Below, one piece after another: positions 39,976 to 54,177 of a stretch of 64,000 nucleotides of DNA. Source of the DNA: an uncultured Gemmatimonadales bacterium. Its GTDB lineage: Bacteria; Gemmatimonadota; Gemmatimonadetes; Longimicrobiales; RSA9. A program made the position numbers and the translations under genes. How positions within the stretch are numbered: the first letter of the stretch is position 1; every line of letters starts with the position of its first letter. The stretch spans positions 5,152,001 to 5,216,000 of the forward strand of contig OY970192.1 of the NCBI GenBank assembly GCA_963708135.1, written 5' to 3'. Under the pieces are notes generated by a model. That model saw nothing but the letters and a program-made list of their open reading frames with translations. It had not been told where the DNA came from and did no database searches.

Positions 39976-41298
39976 CTATGCCCCGGCGGAGCCGGCGGCG
40001 AAGGAGGCCAGCCGGCGCAATGCCCGCGTCCGCTCGGCGTCGCCCATCTTCGCGCGGGCGACGGTCTCGCGCAGCCACTCCACCGTGTGGTCGTAGACGG
40101 GGCGGTCCACCGGGTAGGGGTGCCCGTCCTTGCCGCCGTGCGCGAAGCTGAAGCGCGCCGGATCCCGTACGCTGGCGGGCGTGCCGTGGACGAGCTCCGC
40201 GAGCAGGGCGAGCGCGCGCACGGACCGGGCGCCGATCCCGGGCACCGCCAGCACCGCCTCGAAGTCCGCGGGCGCCGCCTCGTACGTCCGCACCAGGATG
40301 CTCTCCAGCCGCTTCGGGTCCAGGTCCTCCCGGATGTCCACCGGATGCCGCGCCGGCATGCGCAGGCGGGCGGGCTCGCCGGCCTCCACCAGGAGTCGGG
40401 GCGGGCGCCGGGCAACCCCGCCGCCGTCCCCGGCATCAAAGAGCCCGAGCTGCGCGCCCGCGTCTCCGTTCGCTCGTGCTCCTGCGCCTGGGTTTGCGCC
40501 TGCGCCTGCGCTTACCCTTGCCCTTGCGCTTGCCCTTGCGCTTGCGCCTGCGCTTACCCTTGCGCTTGCGCTTGCCCTTGCGCTTGCGCCCCCCCCGATC
40601 TTGCGCGCCTCCCGCGCGACGCGCCCCGGCTCCTCGCGCGCGAGCTCGGCGATGGCCGCGCGGGCGCCGGCGGACTCGTGGGCGACGAGGTTGAGGATGG
40701 CGCCGTCGCGGGAATCGGAGGCGATGGCGGCGTGCGGCTCGTCGGTGAAGTCGCGGGCCTGCTCGCCGAGCCAGTGGTAGCGGCGGGCGGCGGCGTCGCC
40801 ATCGCGCATCCCCTGCTGGATGACGGCCCAGCGGCCGGCGGCGGTGTGCAGGAAGGTGTGGTGGTAGATGCCGAAGCCGTCCTGCACGGCCGCGCTGTCC
40901 ACCTTGGCAGTGATGCGGCTGGTGTAGGCGAGGCGGGCGGGGTCGAGGCCGAGGGCGGAGGCGTTGCGCTCGAGCTCGCCGGGCGTGTGGCGGGAGGCGC
41001 GTCCCTTCCCGCCGGTGACCCAGAGGCCGAGGTCGGTCTCGCGGCCGGCGAGCCCGGTCTTGAGCGCGCCGCAGACGACGGTGGTCACGCCGCTGGAGTG
41101 CCAGTCGAAGCCGAGCACGCAGCCGAAGGCCTGGAACCAGAACGGGTCGGAGAGGCGGCGCAGCACCTCGTCGGGGCCGTGCTCGAGGACGATCACCTCG
41201 ATCACGGCCGGGGCGAGGCGCGCCATGCGCTCGAACAGCCAGCGCGGCGCGCGACCGCCGTGCAGCGGCAGGTTGGCGATTCCGGTGCGGCGGGCCAT
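39976..41298 (-). CDS. DUF763 family protein with a low-complexity insertion
   Basis: LPLHGGRAPRWL, LSDPFWFQAFGCVLGFDWHSSG, AKVDSAAVQDG, HhH-like PGIGA and FSFAHGGKDGHPYPVD. Confidence 0.9.
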   Translation of the reverse strand: MARRTGIANLPLHGGRAPRWLFERMARLAPAVIEVIVLEHGPDEVLRRLSDPFWFQAFGCVLGFDWHSSGVTTVVCGALKTGLAGRETDLGLWVTGGKGRASRHTPGELERNASALGLDPARLAYTSRITAKVDSAAVQDGFGIYHHTFLHTAAGRWAVIQQGMRDGDAAARRYHWLGEQARDFTDEPHAAIASDSRDGAILNLVAHESAGARAAIAELAREEPGRVAREARKIGGGASARASASARVSAGASARASARARVSAGAGANPGAGARANGDAGAQLGLFDAGDGGGVARRPPRLLVEAGEPARLRMPARHPVDIREDLDPKRLESILVRTYEAAPADFEAVLAVPGIGARSVRALALLAELVHGTPASVRDPARFSFAHGGKDGHPYPVDRPVYDHTVEWLRETVARAKMGDAERTRALRRLASFAAGSAGA

Positions 41299-41493
41299 GG
41301 TGTTGTAAGGTACACCGGGTCGTGGCGGTTGTCTCGTGGGGCAGGGCGGGCGGTCTGCGCCTGCTGGCGGAGAGTGGGGGAGCGGGGGAGTGGGCGACGC
41401 TCGCGGCGGCCGGGGACTCGCGGGCTACCATGCTGCCGTGCGCGTCAGGCTCCATCGTCGGCGGTGCGCCGCTCCGGCGGCGGGGCGGCGCAC

Positions 41494-41622
41494 TGCGCGG
41501 ACGTGGGATCGGGCGTCCCGGGGGTGGACAGGGCGAGCGCGCGGGAGCGGCGGCGGCATCGTCGCATGCGATGTGGCGACTTATGCTTACGGGCCGGACG
41601 GCGTGATGGAACGGGGCTTTCG
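41494..41622 (+). promoter_or_regulatory. Candidate enhancer (GTCCCG-N4-TGGACA) and sigma-54-like promoter TGGAAC-GGGGC-TTTCG
   Basis: Parallels the motifs at 33239-33364. Confidence 0.4.
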
Positions 41623-41695
41623 TTTGACGCGCGGCAGCGGCAGGACGTGGGCCGATGTCCGGGCGTGGCATCGATCACCGTAACCAAGAGGACAC

Positions 41696-44155
41696 ATGGA
41701 CGCGCTGCGGCAGGACATCCGCTATGCGCTTCGGGGGCTGCGCGGGAGCCCCGGCTTTGCGCTGCTGGCCGTGGTGACGCTGGCGCTCGGCATCGGCGCG
41801 AACACGGCGATCTTCAGCGCGGTCGACGCCGTGCTGCTGGCGGCGCTGCCCTATCCCCAGCCGGACCGGCTCGTGCGGGTGTACGCGGCGTCGGGCAGGA
41901 ACCCACCCGGCACGCTGTCGGGGCCGCAGTTCCTGGCGGTCCAGCGGCAGGTCCACGGCTTCGCGGCGGTGGCGGCCAGCTCGGGCGTGTCGGCGACGCT
42001 GACCGGGAGCGGCGCGGCCGAGCGGCTGGAGGGGGAGGTGGTCTCGGCCAGCTACTTCGAGGTGCTGGGTGTGGCACCGCTTCTCGGCCGCACCTTCGGC
42101 CGGGCCACGGCGGGGGCGGGCGAGGAGCGGCAGGTGGTGCTGTCGTGGCAGCTGTGGCGGACGCGGTTCGGCGGCGAGGCGGGCATCGTCGGCCGAACCC
42201 TCACGCTGAACGGGCAGGCGTACACCGCGGTGGGCGTGATGCCGCGGGGGTTCGAGGGCATGCGCCCGGACGACCAGCTGTGGACGCTGGCGCGGACGGA
42301 CGTTCCGGACTCGCCGTTCACCGGGCAGGGCGCCGACCCGGAGCACGCCTGGGGCGCGCGCTACCTGGATGTGCTGGGGCGGCTGCGGCCCGACGCCAGC
42401 ACGGCCGCGGTGGCGGGGCAGCTGGACGCCCTGGCGCGGCGGCTGAGCGCGAGCCATCCCGACACCGATGCGGGCGAGAGGTTCGTCCCGCGCGACTGGC
42501 ACGATGACCTGGTGGGCGACAGCCGCCGGCCGCTCATGCTGCTGCTCGCGGCCGTGGGCGCGGTGCTGCTGATCGCGTGCGCCAACATCGCCAACCTGCT
42601 GCTCACGCGCGGTGCGGCGCGCCAGCGCGAGGTCACGATCCGGATGGCGCTCGGCGCACCGCGCAGCCGGATCGCGCGGCAGTTCCTCACGGAGAGCGTG
42701 ATCCTGGGGCTGACCGGTGGCGCTGGCGGGCTGGCGCTGGCCTACGCCACGCTGGGTCCGCTCAAGCGGCTGGCGCCGGGGCAGGGAGGGGCGGGGCTGC
42801 GCCTCGAGCATGCCACGATCGACGTGCGCGTTCTGCTCTTCGCGCTCGGTGCCGCGCTGCTGGCCGGCCTGGCGGCGGGCGTGGTGCCGGCGGTGAGCGC
42901 GGCCGCCGCGAACCCGAGCAGCAGGCTGCGCGAGGGCGGGCGCGGCACGACCGAAGGCGCGGCGCGGCACCGGCTGCGCGCTCTCCTCGTGACGGCGGAG
43001 GTCGCGCTGTCCCTGGTGCTGCTCGTCTCCGCGGGGCTGCTCATCCGGAGCTTCGCGCGGCTGACCGCGACCGACCCCGGCTTCGAGAGCGCGCGCGTCG
43101 CGGCCATATCCCTGCCGCTGCCGCAGAACCGGTACGACGGCGCGCGCGTGGGCGAGCTGTACGGGCAGCTGCTCGAGCGCGTCCGCGCGCTTCCGGGCGT
43201 GAGCGCCGCGGGCGCCGCCTTCCCGCTGCCGCTCACGGGGAAGGGCGCATCGGCGGGGTTCGTGGTCGAGGGACGCCCGGCGCCGGACCCCGAGGAGGGG
43301 CAGCATGCGGGGCTCGTCTGGGCGACGCCTGGCTACTTCGAGGCGCTGCGCATCCCGGTGCGCGCGGGACGCGCGCTCGAGCGGCGCGACGCGCCGAATG
43401 CCGCGCCCGCCGTCGTCGTGAACGAGGCGCTGGCGCGGCGCTACTGGCCGGGAGAGGACGCGGTGGGGCGGCGGGTGAAGCTGGCCGACGACCCGGCGGA
43501 CACCACGTCGCCGTGGCTGACCGTGGTCGGCGTGGTGGGGGACGTCCGGCCGGCCGGGCTGGATGTGCCGCCCGCCCCCGAGCTCTACATCCCGCTCTCG
43601 CAGAACAGCTGGCCGTTCATGGCGCTCGTCGTCCGCACGGCGGCCGGCGATCCGCTGAAGCTCGTCCCCGCGATCCGGCGCGAGGTGGCGGCGCTCGATC
43701 CCAACCTGCCGCTGGGCCGGGCGCAGGCGCTGGAGACCGTGGTGGATCGCTCGGTGGCGCAGCCGCGCTTCCGCACGCTGCTGCTCTCCGTCTTCGCCTT
43801 CCTCGCGCTGCTGCTGGCGGGCATCGGCATCTACGGCGTGGTCTCGTTCGGCGTGACGCAGCGGCTGCACGAGATCGGCGTGCGCATGGCGCTCGGCGCC
43901 ACGCCCGGCCGGGTCCTGCGGCTGGTGGTCCGGCAGGGGCTCGCCCCGGTGGTGCTGGGCCTCGCGGTCGGCCTGGCGGGCGCGCTCGCGGCCGCCCGCC
44001 TGCTGGCCGGACTGCTCTACCAGGTGGGTGCCTGGGATCCGGCCACCTTCCTGCTCGTGCCGCTGGCGCTGCTCGCTGTGGCGACGCTGGCCGTGTGGCT
44101 GCCGGCGCGCCGCGCGACACGCGTGGACCCCGGCCTCGCCCTGCGCGCGGAGTGA
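41696..44155 (+). CDS. ADOP-type duplicated ABC permease
   Basis: [29 protein letters not shown] and [11 protein letters not shown]. Confidence 0.93.
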   Translation: MDALRQDIRYALRGLRGSPGFALLAVVTLALGIGANTAIFSAVDAVLLAALPYPQPDRLVRVYAASGRNPPGTLSGPQFLAVQRQVHGFAAVAASSGVSATLTGSGAAERLEGEVVSASYFEVLGVAPLLGRTFGRATAGAGEERQVVLSWQLWRTRFGGEAGIVGRTLTLNGQAYTAVGVMPRGFEGMRPDDQLWTLARTDVPDSPFTGQGADPEHAWGARYLDVLGRLRPDASTAAVAGQLDALARRLSASHPDTDAGERFVPRDWHDDLVGDSRRPLMLLLAAVGAVLLIACANIANLLLTRGAARQREVTIRMALGAPRSRIARQFLTESVILGLTGGAGGLALAYATLGPLKRLAPGQGGAGLRLEHATIDVRVLLFALGAALLAGLAAGVVPAVSAAAANPSSRLREGGRGTTEGAARHRLRALLVTAEVALSLVLLVSAGLLIRSFARLTATDPGFESARVAAISLPLPQNRYDGARVGELYGQLLERVRALPGVSAAGAAFPLPLTGKGASAGFVVEGRPAPDPEEGQHAGLVWATPGYFEALRIPVRAGRALERRDAPNAAPAVVVNEALARRYWPGEDAVGRRVKLADDPADTTSPWLTVVGVVGDVRPAGLDVPPAPELYIPLSQNSWPFMALVVRTAAGDPLKLVPAIRREVAALDPNLPLGRAQALETVVDRSVAQPRFRTLLLSVFAFLALLLAGIGIYGVVSFGVTQRLHEIGVRMALGATPGRVLRLVVRQGLAPVVLGLAVGLAGALAAARLLAGLLYQVGAWDPATFLLVPLALLAVATLAVWLPARRATRVDPGLALRAE

Positions 44156-44217
44156 CCGGCTCGGACGGATGGCGCCCGGCGCGCGCCGGCGCGCGGCTCC
44201 CCTCAAACGTGGATACC

Positions 44218-47031
44218 ATGGACACCCTGTACCGCGATCTCCGCTACGCCGTCCGCACCCTGGTGCGGAGCCCCGTCTTCGCCCTGGTGGCGATCCTCAC
44301 GCTCGCGCTCGGTATCGGCGCGAACACGGCCATCTTCAGCGTGGTGGACGCGCTGCTGCTCCGGCCGCTGCCGTACCCGCATCCGGAGCAACTGGTCACG
44401 GTGCAGGAGGGCGTGGCCGAGCGCCACATGTTCATGAGCATGGCGTACGCGGACGTGCAGGAGCTGCGGGCGGATACGCGCGTGTTCAGCCGGGTGGCCG
44501 CCTACGAGCAGGAACGCTACAACCTCACGGCCCCCGGCGAGCCGCGGGAGGTGAGGGCGCTGCTCGCCACGCCCGGCCTCTTCCCACTCCTCGGCGTCCG
44601 CCCGCAGCTCGGGCGAGGCTTCGCCAGGGACGAGGAACGGGCGCACGTGGCCGTGCTGAGCCACCGGCTGTGGGTCCAGGCCTACGCATCCGATCCCGGC
44701 GTCATCGGCCGCAGCGTGAGCCTCGACGACGTGCCCTACACCATCGTCGGCGTCATGGCCGCGGACTTCTCCTTCCCCACGGATGACGTCGAGCTCTGGC
44801 TGCCGATCGGCGGGGCGTTCGCCGCCGATCCCCAGGTCGAGACCAACCGCGGCTACCACGCCTTCAACACGGTCGCGCGCCTGCGGCCGGGCGTCACGCT
44901 GGAGAGCTCCCGTGCGGCGCTCGAGGTGCTGTCGAGGCGCCTGAACGCCGAGCAGGGCGGCCCCCGGGGGGCGGCGATGGCCGGGTATGCCACCGGCCGC
45001 GCCACGGCGGCCAGTGGCGCCGCCGGGCCGACGAGGTCCGAGGCTCCCGCTGGCGCCGGCGCACCCGTTCCCGGCGCCGGCGCGCCCGGCCCCGGGGCCG
45101 CGGCCCGCCCCAACGCCGCGTCGCGGGCCGGCGCCGCGCGGCCCGCGACGCGGGTGGGAGCGCCTGCCAATACCGGCCCGGGAGCCGGCGCTGCCCGCCC
45201 GGGACCCGGCGCTGCCGGCCCGGGACCCGGCGCCGCCGGCGCCGGGGCTGGCGGCCGGCGCGAGCTGCGCGTCCAGATGGGCGGCGGCGGGAAGGCCGGC
45301 GGTGGGAAGCTGGGCGGCATGCCGGCGCTCACCGGGCCGCCCGAGATGCACCTGGCGGCCACGCCCCTGCGCGACCTTGCCATAGGCGACGTCCGCGACC
45401 AGCTGCTCCTGCTCTTCGCCGCCGTCGCGCTCGTGCTGCTCATCGCCTGCGCAAATGCCGCCGGACTGCTCGTGGCCCGGGCCAACGCGCGCCGCCACGA
45501 GATCGCCATCCGGCGAGCAATGGGCGCGAGCCGGGGCCGAGTCGCGCGGCAGCTCCTGACCGAGAGCGTGCTGCTCGCGCTGGCGGGCGGCGCGGGCGGG
45601 CTGCTGCTCGCGCGCTGGGGGCTCCGCGCCGTGCTGGCGCTCTGGCCCAGCACGCTGCCCCACGTCGAGCATGCCGGCGTCGATGCGCGCGTGCTCGCCT
45701 TCACGTTCGGCCTCTCGCTGGCGACGGGCGTGCTCTTCGGGCTGCTTCCGGCACTGCGCGCCTCTTCGCCGGAGATGGAGGAGGCGCTGAAGGAGGAGTC
45801 CCGCACGGGAACGGCGGGGCGGCGTCGCCTGCGGGCGCAGTCGACGCTGGTCGTGGCCGAGACCGCGCTCGCCCTGGTGCTGCTCGTCTCCGCCGGCCTG
45901 CTCGTCCACAGCTTCGTGCGCCTCAGCGAGGTGAAGACCGGCTTCGATGCCGAGAACGTCCTCGCCGCACGCATCCGGCTGACCCCGGCCCGCTACAGCA
46001 CCACGGCCGCCGCGGGCCAGTTCTTCGATGCCCTCGTGCAGCGCATGCGCGCCAACCCTGCCGTGGAGGCGGCCGCCGTCTCGCGCATGCTTCCGCTCAG
46101 CGGCCGCATGATGATGATGGGCATGCCGGCGTCGCGGCTGAATCCGAGCTCCACGGAGCCGTTCGTGGCGGTCGGCGCGGACTTCGTCTCGCCAGGCTAC
46201 TTCCGCACGCTCGGCATCCCGCTGCTGCGCGGGCGTGCCTTCACGCAGGCGGACGTTGACACCGTCGGCGGGGCCGTGGTCATCAACAAGGCCATGGCCG
46301 AGCGCATCTGGCCCGGCGAGGACCCCGTCGGCCGGACGATCCCGCTGGGTGGCCGGCCGGGCGAGGCGGGGCGGGACGTGCCGATCGTCGGCATTGTCGG
46401 CAACACGCACACCGTCTCGCTCGAGCGGGACGTGGGGCCCGAGCTCTACCGCTCCGACACGCCGGCCGCCGTGCACGGCCCCGACGGCGGCGGCGAGGCG
46501 TGGCTCGTGGTGCGAGCGCGCCAGCACCCGCTCGCGCTCGTGCCCGCCATCCGTGCCGCCGTCGCCCAGCTCGACCCGCAGCAGCCGGTGGCCGAGGTGG
46601 TCGGGCTCCAGCAGCTCGTGGTCCGCTCGACCGCCGGGCAGCGCTTCAGCACCACGCTCGTGGCCGCCTTCGCCGCCCTCGCCCTGGTTCTCGCCATCGT
46701 CGGGCTCTACGGGCTCACCGCCTACGCCGTCGCGCAGCGCACGCGCGAGCTCGGCATCCGCTACGCCCTGGGCGCCCGGAAAGGCGACGTCCTGCGCATG
46801 CTCCTCGGCGAAGGCCTCGCGCTCACCGGCCTCGGCATCGCCCTCGGGCTCGTCCTCTCCCTCGGCGTGGGCCGCCTGCTCTCCGGCATGCTCTTCGGCA
46901 TCGGTGCGACGGATCCGATCACCTTCGCTGCGACCGCGCTCCTGCTCGCCGCCGCCGCGCTTCTCGCCGTCTGGCTGCCCGCCCGCCGCGCGGCGAAGGT
47001 CGAGCCGATGGTGGCGCTCAGGGCGGAGTGA
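44218..47031 (+). CDS. ADOP-type duplicated ABC permease with a ~130-aa Ala/Gly/Pro-rich insertion
   Basis: Start [10 protein letters not shown] at 44218. Same motifs as the paralogues. Insertion at about 44953-45342. Confidence 0.92.
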   Translation: MDTLYRDLRYAVRTLVRSPVFALVAILTLALGIGANTAIFSVVDALLLRPLPYPHPEQLVTVQEGVAERHMFMSMAYADVQELRADTRVFSRVAAYEQERYNLTAPGEPREVRALLATPGLFPLLGVRPQLGRGFARDEERAHVAVLSHRLWVQAYASDPGVIGRSVSLDDVPYTIVGVMAADFSFPTDDVELWLPIGGAFAADPQVETNRGYHAFNTVARLRPGVTLESSRAALEVLSRRLNAEQGGPRGAAMAGYATGRATAASGAAGPTRSEAPAGAGAPVPGAGAPGPGAAARPNAASRAGAARPATRVGAPANTGPGAGAARPGPGAAGPGPGAAGAGAGGRRELRVQMGGGGKAGGGKLGGMPALTGPPEMHLAATPLRDLAIGDVRDQLLLLFAAVALVLLIACANAAGLLVARANARRHEIAIRRAMGASRGRVARQLLTESVLLALAGGAGGLLLARWGLRAVLALWPSTLPHVEHAGVDARVLAFTFGLSLATGVLFGLLPALRASSPEMEEALKEESRTGTAGRRRLRAQSTLVVAETALALVLLVSAGLLVHSFVRLSEVKTGFDAENVLAARIRLTPARYSTTAAAGQFFDALVQRMRANPAVEAAAVSRMLPLSGRMMMMGMPASRLNPSSTEPFVAVGADFVSPGYFRTLGIPLLRGRAFTQADVDTVGGAVVINKAMAERIWPGEDPVGRTIPLGGRPGEAGRDVPIVGIVGNTHTVSLERDVGPELYRSDTPAAVHGPDGGGEAWLVVRARQHPLALVPAIRAAVAQLDPQQPVAEVVGLQQLVVRSTAGQRFSTTLVAAFAALALVLAIVGLYGLTAYAVAQRTRELGIRYALGARKGDVLRMLLGEGLALTGLGIALGLVLSLGVGRLLSGMLFGIGATDPITFAATALLLAAAALLAVWLPARRAAKVEPMVALRAE

Positions 47032-47123
47032 GCTCGGGGAACAGCGGGGGAACGCCGGTCGGACGGGGCGGCGCCGAATCCGTTGCGCGCCGCCCGCACC
47101 GACACGTCGGGCCCGCGCGAGCA

Positions 47124-47445
47124 CAGGAAAGTCCCCACGGGTCGGCCGTGGAATCGACGTTTGGGGACTTGACTGCGAATAGCGCGGCAAAGTCCCCAAA
47201 CGTTCCCATGGAGCTGCGGCCCGTGGGGAGTTGACAACGAATAGCGCGGTCAACTCCCCAACCGTCTCCGCGCCGGGGTACGCGTGGGGAGTTGACCGCG
47301 GCCGCACGCAAGGGCCGGCGCACGCGGCGGTTCGCCGACGACGGCGGCGGCACCCGCCGCACGCAAGGGCCGGCGCACGCAGCGGTTCGCCGACGACGGC
47401 GGCGGCACCCGCCGAACGCAGGGGCCGGCGTACGCAGCGGTCGCG
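47124..47445 (-). repeat. H2 triple-hairpin copy C (47124-47301) followed by a 55-bp tandem repeat
   Basis: Core matches copies A and B. 55-bp units start at 47301, 47356 and 47411. Confidence 0.88.
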
Positions 47446-47524
47446 GCCGGCATTGGGGGCGGCCGCGGGGCGTGGGACGCGCAGCGGAACTACGGGCGGG
47501 CGGAACGGCGGGCGCGGGTGGCGT

Positions 47525-48079
47525 TCAGGCGGCGAGGCGCTGGTCGATTGCGGCGAGGCGGTCGTTCACGAGGCGGAAGCGCTGGTGCATGTCCGCGGAG
47601 AGTCCATCGAAGCGGCCGTTGAGAGCGACCAGCTCGTTCTCGATCGTCTCGAGGCGCTCGCCCAGAAGCATCACGGATCCACGGAGCTCCGCGACCGCCG
47701 GCTCCAGCCGGTTGCCGAGGTCCATAACGCCCTGGGTGATCCGACCCTCCAGTTGCTGGAGACGCATCTCGACCGTGGAGAAACGATCTGCCACTTCGCG
47801 AAATCCGTCATTGATGCGCGCCTCGAGCCGCTCCGCGCGGGCATCGGCGGCGACGAACTGTCCGGCCACCCTGGCGGATCCGTCGTCCATCTCGCCGCGG
47901 AGCCTGGCGAACCCGTCGTGCATCTCGCCGCGGAGCCTGGCGAACCCGTCGTCCATCTCGCCGCGGAGCCTGGCGAATCCGTCGGCCATCTCGCCGCGGA
48001 GCTTCCCCTCGAGGCGCTCGAAATGGCGAACCAGAAGCGCCATCAGCTCGTCGAACCTGGCCTCGATCTCGGCGTCCAT
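47525..48079 (-). CDS. Hypothetical coiled-coil protein with 11-aa repeats (LRGEMxDGFAR)
   Basis: Start MDAEIE at 48079. Four 33-bp tandem units. Confidence 0.7.
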   Translation of the reverse strand: MDAEIEARFDELMALLVRHFERLEGKLRGEMADGFARLRGEMDDGFARLRGEMHDGFARLRGEMDDGSARVAGQFVAADARAERLEARINDGFREVADRFSTVEMRLQQLEGRITQGVMDLGNRLEPAVAELRGSVMLLGERLETIENELVALNGRFDGLSADMHQRFRLVNDRLAAIDQRLAA

Positions 48080-48377
48080 GGAGCCGTGGGCTGGGGGAGA
48101 ACGGGCGGACCGGCGGACGGAGTACCCGGCTGGGTTGGCGTCGTCCGGACCATGATACCACGGCGGCCGGGGCGCGGCCATGGCGGGATCGGCCGCGGGC
48201 TGGAGGTCCACAGCCGGGCGTGCCCGGCGGGTCCTGATCTCGTTGTGCCGGAGCCACTTGCCGCGCGCTCCGGGCGCCGGTGCCGCTTCCGGCGGCCGCC
48301 GGTTGGTGTCATATTGCGATCGCCCGGGCGGCTGCATCCCGGCTCGCGACCCCCTGATCCCTGAGCCCCTGAGCCCG

Positions 48378-51378
<3,001 letters not shown>

Positions 51379-51530
51379 AGCCGCAGCGCGCCGTACACCC
51401 GACGGGCTGTCAGGGGAATGCTGCTCCCGAGCCGATCTCCGAGGGAGGACATTGCCGCCGGCGCCCTATCGCAAGCCGACGCACCCTTGCCGGGATCCCG
51501 TGCCAGCCCCACCGCCCGTGCCCGCGACGC

Positions 51531-52358
51531 TCACAGATCCCGCATCCGGAACCCCCACCACGTGATCCCCACGATGGCGGCGATGTAGCCGGCGCTCAGG
51601 GCGAGGAGCAGCGGCGTGGGCATGAGCTCGGGCGGGGGGCGGTGGTTCTTCACGGCGTTCGCGATCGCGTCCTGCAACAGGGTGGGGTCCCACTGGATGC
51701 GCGCGGCCACGGCCTGGAAGACCTGCACGGGCAGGTAGCGGATCACTCCGGGGGCGCCGAGGGCGGCGATGGCGAAGCCGACGAGCCGCTCGGCGATGCC
51801 GATGTAGAGGAGGGCGAGGGCCATGCCGGCGCCGGTGCTGCGCGCCGCGAAGGCGAAGAACAGGGCGATGCTCGCCATGCCCATCATGGACAGCAGCACG
51901 CCGCCGGCGAGGCGCGCGTCCGTCGCCCGGAGCAGCGCGCCGGGCGCCGTGCCGGCAGGCGTGCCGAGGCCGGCGAAGACGGTGCCGAGCAGCGCGGCGA
52001 CGAGGAAGAAGACGGCGATGAGCGGCAGCGTGGCGAGCAGCTTGGCGCGGAAGTACTCGGCCTTCGAGAGCCCGTCGATGACGTTCTGCCTGGCGGTGCG
52101 CCAGGAGAACTCGGCGGCGAAGAGCAGCACGATCATCACGGGGACGAAGAACATGGAGATGTCGCCCGCCTGACCCAGGATGGTGGGCCACGCGCCCGGC
52201 AGCGCGAAGGGGTGGGTGGTGGGACGGACGGTGTGCTGGTGCCAGCGGCCGCCGAAGTCGAGGCCGAGCAGGAGAGAGTAGACGGCGAGGACGGCCCAGA
52301 ACGCCGTGCGCTTGCGGGTCTTCAGCAGCTCGATCCGGAGCAGCGTCGTGGCGCTCAT
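51531..52358 (-). CDS. ABC-2 type transporter permease
   Basis: ELLKTRKR, EFSWRTARQNVIDGLS, six TM helices and terminal RDL. Confidence 0.85.
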   Translation of the reverse strand: MSATTLLRIELLKTRKRTAFWAVLAVYSLLLGLDFGGRWHQHTVRPTTHPFALPGAWPTILGQAGDISMFFVPVMIVLLFAAEFSWRTARQNVIDGLSKAEYFRAKLLATLPLIAVFFLVAALLGTVFAGLGTPAGTAPGALLRATDARLAGGVLLSMMGMASIALFFAFAARSTGAGMALALLYIGIAERLVGFAIAALGAPGVIRYLPVQVFQAVAARIQWDPTLLQDAIANAVKNHRPPPELMPTPLLLALSAGYIAAIVGITWWGFRMRDL

Positions 52359-53269
52359 ACCGCCACCTCCGCCAGCCGGGCGTCGCCTTCGGTGGTCAGC
52401 TCCATGAACACGTCCTCCAGGCTCTGGCGGCGGGGGGCCAGGCAGGAGACGGCCACGCCGCGCTCGACCAGCCAGCGGTTCAGCTCCGCGGCGTCGCCAT
52501 CACCGATCGCGGCGACGACGGCGTCGTCCACCCGCTCGACCCTGCCCACCGCCGGGTACGCGGCGGCCGCGCCTTCGAGCGCGTCGAGGTCGGGCCCGCG
52601 CAGCACGACCGAGGTGCCCGCGCCGACGATGTCGGCCAGGCCGCCCTGCGCGAGCAGCCGGCCGCGCTTGATGATCGCCACGTGGGTGCACATCCGCTCG
52701 ACTTCCCAGAGCAGGTGGCTGGACACGAAGATCGTCTTGCCCAGCGCGGCCAGCCGGCCGACCAGCTCCCGGATCTCGCGCATCCCCTCCGGGTCCAGCC
52801 CGTTGGCCGGCTCGTCCAGGATGATGAGGCGGGGATCGCCGAGCGTGGCGGCCGCGATCGCCAGCCGCTGCTTCATCCCGAGCGAGTAGGTCTTGAACGC
52901 GCTGCGGCGCCGGCCGCCGAGGCCCACCAGCTCCAGCGAGCGGTCGATGCGGTCCGGCGCCACGCCCTTGATGTGGGCCACCACCCGCAGGTTGTCATAG
53001 CCGCTCAGGCAGGGGTAGAAGTTCGGCTGCTCGAGCGTGGCGCCGACGCGGCGCCGCCCCGCGTGCAGGTCCTCGGAGCCGAACAGCCGGATGCGCCCGG
53101 CCGTCCGGTTGATGATGCCGAGCAGCATCCCGATCGTGGTGGTCTTGCCGCTGCCGTTCGGGCCGAGGAAGCCGAACACCTGCCCCTCCTCGACGGACAG
53201 GGAGATGCCGTCCACCGCCTTGAGGGGGCCGTACCGCTTGGCCAGCCGCTCCGTGCCGATGACCTCCAT
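52355..53269 (-). CDS. ABC transporter ATP-binding protein
   Basis: GPNGSGKTT, YSLGMKQRL, LDEPANGLD and SSHLL. Confidence 0.95.
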   Translation of the reverse strand: MEVIGTERLAKRYGPLKAVDGISLSVEEGQVFGFLGPNGSGKTTTIGMLLGIINRTAGRIRLFGSEDLHAGRRRVGATLEQPNFYPCLSGYDNLRVVAHIKGVAPDRIDRSLELVGLGGRRRSAFKTYSLGMKQRLAIAAATLGDPRLIILDEPANGLDPEGMREIRELVGRLAALGKTIFVSSHLLWEVERMCTHVAIIKRGRLLAQGGLADIVGAGTSVVLRGPDLDALEGAAAAYPAVGRVERVDDAVVAAIGDGDAAELNRWLVERGVAVSCLAPRRQSLEDVFMELTTEGDARLAEVAV

Positions 53270-53356
53270 CAGCGCTCCAGGCTTCGAGGGAAGGGAACCG
53301 CTCCGGTGCCCGCGTCCACTACGGCGCGGAGTGATCAGGGTTTCGGCGCGAAGGCC

Positions 53357-54100
53357 TCAGCGCCGCCCGACGCGGAGCGCGAGCGGCCAGCGCACGGTGC
53401 GCGCCGTGTCCTCGGCGCCCCAGGCCGCGGCGAGCCTCCGGCGGAACGCCTCGTGGGCCGCGCCCCCACCCGCCCGCTCGAGTGCGCGCACGCCGGACCA
53501 CGTGCCGATGTAGCCGACGAGCTCCGCGAGCACCCAGTCGACACGGATCTCGAGCGCCGGGGCGACCATCTCCGCGAACGGAAAGGGCAGGGAGCGGTAG
53601 CCCTCGTCCACGTGCCGCCGCTCCGGCGGCCAGTGGCGCCCGAGCACATCCGTGTAGAAGCGCCCGATGACGCCATCCACGTCCGGGCCCACCCGCATCC
53701 GGCCGTAGGCGACGAGGGCGACCACCGCTCCCGCGCGCGCCACGCGCCGAACCTCGCCGTAGTAGCGCTCGAGGTCGAACCAGTGCGCGGCCTGCGCCGC
53801 CGCCGCGAGATCGGCCGCCCCGTCCGGCAGCCCGCTCGCGTCCGCTGGTGCCAGGCGGTACTCGACGCGTGGGTGCGCCGCGGCGCGCTCGAGCTGCGCT
53901 GCGCTCGCGTCCGTCGCCACGACGCGCCGGAAGCGGCCGGCCAGCACGGCCGAGAGCTGGCCGGAGCCGCAGCCCGCGTCCCAGGCGAGCGCGTGGCCAG
54001 GGGCGAGATCGGCGAGGAAGTCGGCGAGCGCGGGCGGGTAGGAGGGACGGTACGTCGCGTAGCGCGCCGCGGCCTGGGAGAAGTGGTCCTTGAAGTCCAT
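53357..54100 (-). CDS. Class I SAM-dependent methyltransferase
   Basis: MDFKDHFS...YRPSYP, AWDAGCGSGQ and AQAAHWFD. Confidence 0.9.
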   Translation of the reverse strand: MDFKDHFSQAAARYATYRPSYPPALADFLADLAPGHALAWDAGCGSGQLSAVLAGRFRRVVATDASAAQLERAAAHPRVEYRLAPADASGLPDGAADLAAAAQAAHWFDLERYYGEVRRVARAGAVVALVAYGRMRVGPDVDGVIGRFYTDVLGRHWPPERRHVDEGYRSLPFPFAEMVAPALEIRVDWVLAELVGYIGTWSGVRALERAGGGAAHEAFRRRLAAAWGAEDTARTVRWPLALRVGRR

Positions 54101-54177
54101 CCGGAGCCTGTCTTCCCGACGCGAGCCGCCCCCGTGGATGGGTGTCCACGGGGGCGGGGTCGCGTCCGCGCCACGGG

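Noticed and set aside
42577..44217. 1484-aa fused permease ORF
   Set aside because: The upstream part is an off-frame overlap of the 41696 permease. The real start is [10 protein letters not shown] at 44218.
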